From Lineus longissimus (taxonomy: Eukaryota): a stretch of 64,000 nt of DNA. This document shows, piece by piece, positions 11,148-39,006 of the stretch (its first letter is position 1; each line of letters opens with the position of its first letter). The notes beneath the pieces were generated by a model. The model had not been told where the DNA came from. It did no database searches and worked only from the letters and a program-made list of their open reading frames with translations. The position numbers and the translations under genes are program-made. The stretch lies in NCBI RefSeq assembly GCF_910592395.1, contig NC_088308.1:1364001-1428000 (forward strand), given 5' to 3'.

Positions 11148-11665
11148 CAGATAACCAGCTGGCAGAGGTTGGTTGTTCCATTGTCCGTCCTTGTGAGATG
11201 ATTACCACGGTACAACCAAATCAGTTGTCTTGTACAGCTAAATGACCATTTGAAGTTGTGTCAATGACTTCCCAACCTGACCAGATAACCAGCTGGCAGA
11301 TGTTGGTTGTTCCATTTTCCGTCCTTGTGAGATGATTACCACGGTACAACCAAATCAGTTGTCTTGTATCACAGTGTAATGTTGTCTTGTACAGCTAAAG
11401 GACCCTTTGAAGGTTGTGTCAATGTCTTCCCAACCTGACCAGATATCCAGCTGGAAGAGGTTGGTTGTTACGTAGGCTGTCCTGTCGTCTCCAAAGTTCA
11501 TTAGCGGTAACCTTAGTGTAATTTTTAGGTTGTGTCAAGGTCTTCCCAACCTGACCAGATAACCAGCTGGCAGAGGGTAGTTGTTTCGCGTCAGAGTTTT
11601 TATGTTGTGTCAAGGCCTTCACAATCTGAATAGATAAGCAGCTGGCAGAGGTTGATTGTTTCCAC
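11148..11665. repeat. Five copies of a ~55-bp block separated by partly unique spacers
   Basis: Block GTTGTGTCAA.G.CTTCCCAACCTGACCAGATAACCAGCTGGCAGAGGTTGGTTGTT at ~11148 (partial), 11255, 11413, 11529 and 11604. Confidence 0.85.
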
Positions 11666-11874
11666 ATCCCACAGACCATGCAGACAGAAAGATATTGGGA
11701 TTTCACTAATCACAATTGCCGTTGCCTGTACCATGACAGAAGACGGACAATAGTGCGATGGGCTTCATGATTTTGCTTGGGTTGGGGAGTTTCTGGGCTG
11801 ATAAGGGCAGACATACATTGGGTCAGGTCAAGTATTGGGGTTGAGAAAGTGTTAGGTGTTGGTGTAGGGGGCCT

Positions 11875-12103
11875 ACCCTAAGGATAAAATAATGTGTCTC
11901 AATTTCACCATGGCAATCTGACAGCACTTCACCATAGTGAATTGGGACGGTGAAATATTTTACCATGGTGAGCATGGTAAATTCTACATTCATGGTGAGC
12001 ATGGTAAACTTTGATTTCACCATGGTGAACGCTGCATTCACCATGGTGAGCATGGTCAACTCCGATTTTACCATGGTGAATCTGAGATTTTTTTCTTAAG
12101 GGT
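11875..12103. mobile_element. MITE-like element with imperfect TIRs and internal repeats of the palindrome CACCATGGTG
   Basis: 5' ACCCTAAGGATAAAAT...TCTCAATTTCACCATGG versus 3' CCATGGTGAATCTGAGATTTTTTTCTTAAGGGT. Many internal (C)CATGGT copies. Confidence 0.65.
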
Positions 12104-12783
12104 CATCTCCATCCAAACCAATTCACCGACTTAACGTTGCCCTCTTTTAAGGCAACAAAATAATGAAAACAGATGTAAAGACAGGAGACTAAAAACGGAA
12201 TACAATGTACAGAACACAGCCTTGTTATTCATGAAACATAGACTCTTGTCGACAACAAACAGTCAACAGAATTTTGGCAGGATTTTTCAAAATAACAATG
12301 ATGTGAAGTGAAAAAATACAATAAAATATAGCAATAAAAGTAAGTCACTCTATTGCAAATTACTTCCCACTAACAAGTTGAGGTGTGCCCACAAGTTGCT
12401 CGACAATCAAAATGGATTGATACGACGAACACCAGAGTTCAAAGGCGAGAAAGGATTCACTTTTTGCCCACATCAACGCATCATTCATTGAAATCGCTGT
12501 TGATCGAGGAGCGACACGTGGCCATCGGAGTGACTAGGGAGATGAGAGCTGGCGATTCAGTCCATGCCTGTTCGAACAGGCCACCATTCCTCTCCTACAC
12601 TGCTTTGGAGTCTTTGGTAAACTTCGATGAGATCATCAGTGGGTGGCGACTTCTTCCTAGATTTTCTGAAGACAGAAAATAGAATTCAATTCAATACAGT
12701 ACATGATTGTGGCAGAGCAAGGGACAAGGATGTGACGTGACAAGATCGAAGAGCAAGACCAGCGTGAATCTACACGACACACT

Positions 12784-12920
12784 ATGGACTAGTGGCTCAG
12801 ATTCTCAACTAGAGGTCAAGAGGTCCCTGGTTCGAATCCTACAGTCGGTGAGAGACTCAGGCAGGTCTCTTAGACACTTGCCTCACTACCCAGATGTATA
12901 AATGGGTTCTGGCGCTGGGC
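12784..12920 (+). mobile_element. tRNA-derived SINE with a CORE/Meta-like central domain
   Basis: A-box TAGTGGCTCAG, B-box GGTTCGAATCC, then GACACTTGCCTCACTACCCAGATGTATAAATGGGT, which resembles conserved SINE central domains. A related copy lies at 59265-59378 (-). Confidence 0.75.
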
Positions 12921-13221
12921 ATATGGACAAATGGGACAGCATTTTTTCCTTCTTTTTTTGTTACTAACAGGATTGTGTGAAGCCCAGGCTTCAATCTCTT
13001 CATCTATCTGGGCCCTCGACGATGGCACCTTTGGTCCTTCCTTTTCCAACAAGTGTCTGAAACAGTGAAAACAAAAACACAGTGGAAATCATTGACCGCG
13101 TTGTAGGTTAGACACTGCTGCTCAAATGATTTGAAATATTCTCCTCACAACCCTAAGAAGAAAACCTAGGTGGCTTTTTCGTTATGCATTTCTTTGCAGT
13201 GAATTAACGAGTAAACATCGT

Positions 13222-13411
13222 CTCTCAGACACTTGGGAAACGCATCTGAGAGCATCTCAGTTTCAAAATTTTCCTGCTGGAGACCCCCAGACCTCTTTGT
13301 GGGTGAGCGCCTACTGCGCTTTCATGTGATTGTGAGGGCGAGCCCTCACCATATTCAGGCTTCGCCCTCAACGGGGCCCCCTCTATCCAGTTGTGCTGGA
13401 TCCACTCCCTA
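13222..13411. mobile_element. Truncated end of a non-autonomous DNA transposon
   Basis: GCATCTGAGAGCATCTCAGTTTCAAAATTTTCCTGCTGGAGACCCCCAGAC ... CTGGATCCACTCCT resembles the CTGGATCCGCCCCTG-ended non-autonomous elements common in marine invertebrates. Recognised from memory, not searched. Confidence 0.5.
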
Positions 13412-14749
13412 ATTTGATGGTGACCTACCATGTGGTCCAGCCACCAGTCAGACAAGGATCCCCTTTTGCGAGTTGTTGCTACTTCTGGCTGTACCGAGGC
13501 TACTTTTTGCTGGGTCACTGGATGTACCAAGTCATGCCCGCTGAAACGACGAGTGATCATATCAACATTGTTGTGGCGATACTCTACACCATCCCTTCGC
13601 AATTCCCACAGCCCGTGATCACTGTTCACTAAAAGATTGGAGAAACAAGTCGTCACAATTCCGTTGGCGTCATATGCAATTTGAATTGCAGCAGATGTCG
13701 CGGTTTAACATAAGTTGTGTACCGGCGCTACCGAATACGCTGCATGACACAAGGGCCTTAACATCACAGTAGAAAAGAATCATATTGAATTTGGCTAAAT
13801 CACAGGGCTCAGCCAGGCCTCTGAATCTGATATCATGATGGGGGGCGGGCGAGGGGGTTGGTCCAGCAGCGGCTGGCAGCTGACATTTGTCTTGACTCTT
13901 GCTTAGCGCTGCTACAGCTTAAAGTGCTGTGGTACAGTCTAGAAGCAGTGTCATCATTGGCGAAATGGACCAAAGTTTGTGAGGGGTCGAGTTTCGTCCA
14001 AAAATAGATCTGTTTACACACTACGGCAATGGCGTATTGCAGGTACACGTCAACGGGTCATTGATTGTCGGACGTCAGTTCGCCAAGAAAACCAAAGGAA
14101 TCGAAGGATTCATTGAACTCATCAACACATCATTAGTTTTCAGTGAAGTGCAACTGTATTCCTAGGTAAATCACTTTGGTATATAGAGAGTAAGATTACA
14201 ATTAACTCACGTTAAAGTTTGAGTTCCGGGGAGGTAGCGTTGTCAGTACGTTGGTATAGGGGCGCAATACCCTAGCTTATAGCGAGCAATTAGTACACTA
14301 AGATTTCAGTGATTAACATAATAGTTGCAAGTATTTGGCATTTTAGACTCATAATTCGTGCTATAATAACTACGTTGTAAACATAATGCTCAAAATTGAT
14401 TCATGAAAAAGTTGTTAGGGCAATATCAAGCAAGCAGTAATGGAAAAAAGTGTAATTCCATTAACTGAATATTGTTTTTAGACACTATAACATTTTAGGC
14501 CTACTTTTCCGAAAACCACGAGAACAATGTATGTGAAAAAAACAACACATATAAGTGAGGCGCCGAGTATACAGTAATTGTAAGGTAAAGAAAAGCTCGG
14601 TCTCTAAAGTCTGGAGGTCCGGAGTCCGTAACTGTGACGGTCACGAGAGTGGCTTGTCCTTACGGATAGATCGAGAGGGCGGTTTGGGGTTCCGCCGACG
14701 GTGCTCGCATGCATTAGTTGTATCCCCGAAACCTTTACAACGCGAACAA

Positions 14750-15116
14750 AGCTCGTGGCATCCATGACGGTATAGGAATTGACGGTGAAGTAACAAAAAA
14801 ACTCGTGGCATATCGGATGCGCATCCGATGACGGTAAAGAAATTGACGGTAAAGGATCTCGTGGCATATCGGATGCGCATCCGAAGACGGTAAGGGAATT
14901 GACGGTGAAGGATCTCGTGGCATATCGGATGCGCATCCGATGACGGTAAAGAAATTGACGGTAAAGGATCTCGTGGCATATCGGATGCGCATCCGAAGAC
15001 GGTAAGGGAATTGACGGTGAAGGATCTCGTGGTATATCGGATGCGCATCCGAAGACGGTAAGGGAATTGACGGTAAAGGATCTCGTGGCATATCGGATGC
15101 GCATCCGATGACGGTT
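14750..15116. repeat. 56-bp tandem repeat, 6 full copies, each containing the perfect palindrome TCGGATGCGCATCCGA
   Basis: Palindromes at ~14812, 14868, 14924, 14980, 15036 and 15092 (period 56). Confidence 0.95.
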
Positions 15117-15202
15117 TTATATACATATACATATATTATATAAATTTTAGTTTTACACTATTATGTAAGTGCAAGCTCTAGTGAGCTCACACAACTGTTT
15201 GA

Positions 15203-15394
15203 CAGTCCTGGCTCCTCCATCGTGCTGACAACATGATGAGAGAGATGAGACAGTCACAGCCAGGCAAAAAAAGTCTTGGCTGCTCTGCCAAGTTGTCAAC
15301 ATGGTGAGAGAGATGAGGAAGTCACAGCCAGGCCGAATCAGTCCTGGCTGCTCCACCGTGTTGACAACATGATGAGAGAGATGAGGAAGTCACG
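15203..15394. repeat. ~70-bp minisatellite, ~3 copies (same family as 9704-9981)
   Basis: CAGTCCTGGCTGCTCCACCGTGTTGACAACATGATGAGAGAGATGAG is nearly identical to the 9713-9770 copy. Confidence 0.9.
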
Positions 15395-17089
15395 GTTTCT
15401 CTTCATTATCATGCAATATGTATTCGACCACCACAACCAATCGTGGTTTGTATAACCTGACATAGGAGTGTCCTCAGATTTCAGTGGCATCAGTTGAAAG
15501 TTTATATCTTACTTACTCCTGTTAGTATGCATGTACGGTGACTCTGATTCGATTAGTTACAGCATCTCGTCAAGATGCGCCATGTCGAGGTTTTTCGGTA
15601 AAAAACCCGATTGGTGTTTTGAGATTCTGAAAAACTTCTAAAAGTTTTTCACTTGTTTGTGTTGGTAAAAAACCAACAACATTAAAAGGTTTTTTAAAAA
15701 CTCAAAAACCTATATTATACTCTTTGTAGGTTAGACATTAATGGAGATCGCGTTTATCCGAAATGTGTTCCTTCGAGCTTCAGCTGGTTCCATCAGATGG
15801 AGGTGCTCAACATTTTTACTGACCCGTTTGGCGGATGAGCTTGCATCGTGCTGCGAGCGGTTTCCGCTGCCTTGCAGCATTGTCCAAGTGGAATACAGTA
15901 TACGTAACATGAGTGAGGCTTTCGGTAAGCTGAGAGGACATTTTAATTTTGGATAGTAATTTGGAGGGATGATACGTACTATATGTGTCCATTTTGTTTC
16001 CAAACAAAAAGATTGCTGATTGTTGTGGGAAACAGCGTGAAGGATGTTTAAACAGTTTTTATTCGAACAACGTATTAAAATTTCGAATGGCTTAGATTGC
16101 ATCAACTGGGGACGTGTGGGAAGAATTGGTATATGATTTTGCAGTCGTAAACATTTAAAGCAAAAGCCACTGAAGGTATGTACATGTAATTTGGACTAAA
16201 CTAATTCGTGAATCGCCTACTGGAACATAAGTTGAAGCTGGATCACCAGGTTGGTATGATAGACATGCCATTTATACCACGAAGGAGCAATTGGGAAGCT
16301 TGCTGATTTCGTTCAGCACCTGTCATATTTGGTTCATCACCCACATGAATTCGACTATCGTTTATCACGTTATATCATTGTTTGAATAGTCGTCAGTCTT
16401 CTTGCTTCTGTTAGAAACCATCTGAGTTGGTGGCTTTCATACGACTTTCGTTTTTTAACAGTAGACATATATGAGACACCAACGAGAAAACTTCCAGCTG
16501 AGGAGAAAACGGATTCCATTGTAGATGAAACAGTTTTATTGAGCAAGTTAGCAGCTGTAATCGTCACGGCCATTGAAACGATATGATAACGGTTTCCGAA
16601 GCTTGATTAATAAAACCTTGAAATATGAAATATATTAACCCCCTCAGGACGGGAGATGAACAGGAGTGTCCCTTACTGCTTCTGTGTCCCATTTTCGACC
16701 CATGCACTGACTTAACAAAGAGGTGTCGGTGATTATATCGCTTTCTGAAGTTGTCCGTTTTATGCTTATGCTAATGTTGGAAAACACGTTTAAATGTTGT
16801 GACTTTTTCAGAAGCTTCACTGAAAAAATCAAGTCATGAAGCACGTGCTTGTAATCTGCATCATCGTCGCATTCTGTTGTTGTTCCCACATCGATGGAAT
16901 ACTTGGTAGGTAGTGACTTGGTTGATCTATAAGGGAAATAATTACTACATGTACATGTTTATGCTGCTCTGCCGCTATTTAGTTTGCATTTTACCCCCGG
17001 CATAACATTTTGAAAAAAGAATCCAATAATATGATCATGGTTCGCATGCAGTATATATATATTCCATGTCAGAGTAGGTTCTCGCTGCA

Positions 17090-17197
17090 TGCGATTGTGA
17101 CAATGCATACCAGCGATTGTGACAACGCATGCCAAAGATTGTGACAACGCATGCCAGCGATTGTGACAACACATGCAAGCGATTGTGACAACGCATG
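17090..17197. repeat. 22-bp tandem repeat, ~5 copies
   Basis: GCGATTGTGACAACGCATGCCA repeated with small variants. Confidence 0.9.
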
Positions 17198-17326
17198 GGG
17201 CAGTGCTTTGTCATTTCACTCCGCATTGCTCCCATAGAAAGCAATAATCGCAGGCATTGCGAAAAGCATGCGAAAGCGAGTCAAATCGTGCTCAGTGCTA
17301 TACAAAAGGCTTTCGAAGAGGTGTAC

Positions 17327-20300
17327 ATGTACATTGGAGCAATTTACGGTTCACTTTTCCCCTTCCTGATTCTTAAATCGTTCCAATTCACGCTCAGGTG
17401 TGTGGAGGCAGTCGGTTAAGGTTTACACCTTGGCGATCGTGACAACATGTACAGTGCCTTGTCACTATTATCGCTCGCGGCACTTCAGCGCCTAAAATTG
17501 CTAAAATCGCATGTGGTTGTGAAATTCAGGTGAAAGCGCGTCAAATCACATGCCTAGGAAAGTCACCCTAACACTGTATCTTCCAGACCAACCAATCATC
17601 TCGAAAGAAGCAGAGTTGATCAAGAAGATTTTGGCGATCTGCGAAGTGGAACAACAGTCACGTCCTGTTCATAATACGTCCCACCCAACCGAAGTTGAAG
17701 TGAGGGCTCATCTTGTGCGAGTCATAAATGTTGTAAGTTGAGATAGGAAATTTAAAGAAATATAATTACATGCATCCAACGCTTGTTTACACAACAACAC
17801 AATGTCCATGAACTTTGAATGTAATTTGCCGCATCCATGTACATGTATTACGTAGATAATGCATTTGCTAGTATTTGAGTTCGTCTGCTTTTAACGGTAC
17901 ATAAATGAAAATATGCTAGTAGAAATTTATCCAGTTTGCTTCCTTAACCTTTCATCTTTGTCTAGGCTCGCCCTTTATACAAATTGTAGTATGCTCTATT
18001 GATTATTTCGGCAGGATTCAAAGCAACAGTCATTCAGCATGTCTGCATTCCTTGAAGTGGTAAGTTGAATAGGTGTAATTTATGTAAGGTTTCCACTACC
18101 TGTTTTTCATAAGCTAAACATCAATATATCGACCCGGTTCGACGAACGACTAGTAACTTACAAACGATAGTGGTAAATATAGAAAAATAGAAAGAAAGAA
18201 AGAAGTTGATAAGCCCTCTCCAAGGGATCATCATATACTCTTTCACCGGGCATCTCTGATAATACACCTAACCTTAACTGACAATGCTTAACCCCACCCC
18301 ACCCCAAGAACAAACTGAGGAAAAAAAGTAAAAAATCTTTAAAATATGAAACGACATTCCAGTTATTTATGGGCTAAAGAGCCTCCTTTCCTTTCATTAT
18401 ACTGCAGAGTTGGTATCACACCAACCTGATATGGGACCCTAAAGACTTCGGTGGTGTAAAGAAGGTTGTAATGAGTGGAGAGCATCTCTGGATTCCCGAC
18501 CTAGGATTACTGAATAGGTAGGTACTCATGAAAAACTGAAAATCCAGGCAACATCCCAAATATAAAGATAACAGTTTGATGCTCATTTAGCTGGACACTT
18601 GTGTGCCGCATGAGTGGCGCGTTTTGGAGAAGCCCGTTCACCAATCATCCGCAAGGAAGTTTTTCTCTCGTAGCCATCATAACATTTTACAAACTTCTTT
18701 TTGCACCACTTTGCCTATCATGGCCTTTCTTCTCCATATATGTGGTCACGTGAGCCCAGATGCTCAATCGACGTTAGAGATAAGCGTCAGCGTTAGCTAA
18801 ACTAAGCGGTATCTCTGTCAGTAAATTACAACAGGAGCGTTATAGGTCCTAACGCCAACGGGCCCTGACAGATGGATATAAAACCATTGCCAAGTGAAAC
18901 ACCAAAACAAAAGCTCGACATGCTCCGCCCGGGATGCACTTGGATTATGGACGATGTGTAAGATCAGCAACCTTTTTTTTGCAGCATGGATGGAGATTTT
19001 GACTTTACCCATGATCAAGATGATATAAACTTAATGATATTGAACGATGGGCTAGTGAAATGGTATCCAGGTGGGATCTATAACGTCGGATGCCATCTTG
19101 ACTTGACCTACTTTCCATTCGACACTCAAAGATGTTCATTCTATTTCATATCCTGGGTGTATAACTATCAAGAAATGCGTTTGTTTGCTAAAAAACCCAA
19201 AATGGATGTTGTGCACTTCATGTCACGAGCCGAATGGGAAGTGATTGATGTACGTGTTTTAAGTGAAACGGTCCATTTCAAGCCTGGAGTGGAGGAGTCA
19301 AAATGGTCGGTCCTGAAAGTCGAAATAACGTGCACGCGAGAACCCGGATATTACATCACAAATGTTATCGTGCCGGCCATCATCATCTCATTGTTGGTTT
19401 TGACAGTTTTCATGCTGCCGTGTGACTCTGGTGAGAAGATTTCCTTGGGTATTACAGTTCTGGTGGCATTCACCGTTTTCCAGTTGGTCATTGCTGATAC
19501 CTTGCCGAAGAATTCTAGTGAGACTCCCTATATTGGTAAGATTATTAGAGCTTATATCTTAAACTCCAACACCGTGTCGATATTTGGATATCAGCATAGG
19601 AAAATTGAAGAATTTTGATGATGGCTGCCCGATCAGTTCATTATAAGCAATGCTATCGCTTGAACTCGGTACAGTCGAGGTACTTCACCAAACCGTCATA
19701 CTATCCGAAATATATCATTCTTGTGTATGTCATATCATATGGTTTGTTTTGGTTCTGAAGGATCTCCCGCTTTCAGGTAACTCTTCAAATACTAGAAGTA
19801 GACTTTATCGGGTACCGTTAACATGACCGTTGCACTTGCTCATCAACATTTTATATACTTTCAGTTATCTACTTGACAACGCTAATGGCGACAACGGGTT
19901 TCACGACTCTGATGTCAGTGGTCGTACTTAACATTCACCACACGGGCATCGAAAGGAAATTTTCTCCAAAGGTCCGATTCCTCATTTTTAATGTTCTCGG
20001 ACGAGTGACCAGGTATTGTAGATACGCTCCAACGGACCAGTCGTCGATGTACTGCGATGGCGTCAGTGCGCAAGAAATGCCAGTAAAAAAACCGACTGCT
20101 CTAAATAATTCCCCGGCTCTGACGGAAGGGAATCAGAACAAAGAGGTTATCGGACTTCTTCAGGCTATTCTTGAGGAGACCAAAGCTTTGAATGAGAGAA
20201 AGGACAGGAAGGACAAAGATACCGAGGCTGCGGATGAGTGGAAGGAGGCTGCTAAAATTGTGGATAGATTCCTGATGCTGGTCTACTTTCTATCCATAGT

Positions 20301-20358
20301 TATCATCACTTTCGTATTCCTTATTGTTATGCCAACGCACCCAAATCAACAAACGTAA
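17327..20358 (+). CDS. Cys-loop ligand-gated cation channel subunit, nicotinic acetylcholine receptor-like, non-alpha (6 exons)
   Basis: Exons 17327-17414 (signal peptide, least certain), 17587-17732, 18015-18059 (45 nt), 18408-18517 (110 nt), 18985-19535 and 19865-20358 join in frame. The 45/110-nt exons are typical of nAChR genes. Motifs: WIPDL, Cys-loop CHLDLTYFPFDTQRC, M1-M3 with GEKISLGITVLVAF, and M4 EWKEAAKIVDRF. Confidence 0.93.
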
Positions 20359-21078
20359 TGATAAAGGCCGTGCACAGTTTCTCAGTTTCAGGTTCTGTGT
20401 GTTCATATTGTACGATATTCACTGACCATGCTTTACATGTAGGTAGTATCTGCATTGTTTATTCTGATTATTCTGCTTTTGTGATCCCAAATCCTCGTCG
20501 ACCCAACCTGCTTGCCTTGACCTTAATTTGCCACCTATCACTCCCTTGCAGTGGGAGCCTTTATCCACATTAGTAAATGATATATTAACATATACATCAT
20601 CTAATAAATGTTTTAATTTCAAATCAAACTCAGTTGACTTTGTTATTACATGGGTTTTTTTGAGTTGTGAAAGTCCATATCATGTTCACGGCGTACGCCT
20701 CATCTTCACAGCGTATATCTGTAGTTATCTACATTAACATCTATACCCGTAAATAGTCGTAATGATGTTCATGTGCTTCAAGTCCTAACAGAGTAAATAA
20801 GTGTACTAGTTTTTCAAAGTAAGGCATCATGTCCCCTTGATAGCCTACGACCTCCGAATTGAGACCATCGCGAAAAACTTGATCTTGAGGGGTTTACAAG
20901 CTAGATGACCAGAGTAGTGTACACATGATTAGATATGTCGACCAACTACTCCACAGTGTTTCCTTGGCCTGCTCCGGTGTTGTGTCTTGGAAGCCTCATA
21001 CATGTACTGACACTCCACGGCTACTGATATCGTTGGAGCCCTGGAGTTCTTCTGTCCCTTACCGGGAAAGAGTAAGCC

Positions 21079-38549
<17,471 letters not shown>

Positions 38550-39006
38550 GGCACGGCAAGTGAAATTCATCGGATCAAATTTTAATGAAAATAGGATGTC
38601 CCAGGGATAGGACGTGCAATTTTCATTGTACCAGATGGAACTTTTACAAATTGACAGGGTTTCGTCTAGCCGAGGGGGAATGGAAGAGATTTGCATGTGA
38701 ACGTTATTGTACCCATCTATATAAGGTGAAAGAAATCCAATCAATCAATCAATCAACCGTCCGATCGAGTATAAACCAGTGTGCGAAATGTATTTTATAA
38801 AGTCAAAATAATAAAGATATCGATATTATTTTCTTTCGTGTCTAAAATAAGAATGGTCTGGTGTGACCATCAGAATCACTGTCCCATTTACAAGGTAATT
38901 TCATTGCCACACAATTTATCCTTTAATTGGATAAGACCACAATCCCTTTAAATGCCTCACTTGATACACCAACAGTCACCACAGTGCACTACAATTATCT
39001 TCTCCA

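Noticed and set aside
11148..11665. CRISPR-like repeat-spacer array
   Set aside because: Eukaryotic context, repeats too long and degenerate, spacers unequal and partly duplicated, and no cas genes.
14604..15132. Three overlapping repetitive ORFs on the - strand
   Set aside because: These are translations of the 56-bp tandem repeat. The period is not a multiple of 3 and the peptides cycle through frames.
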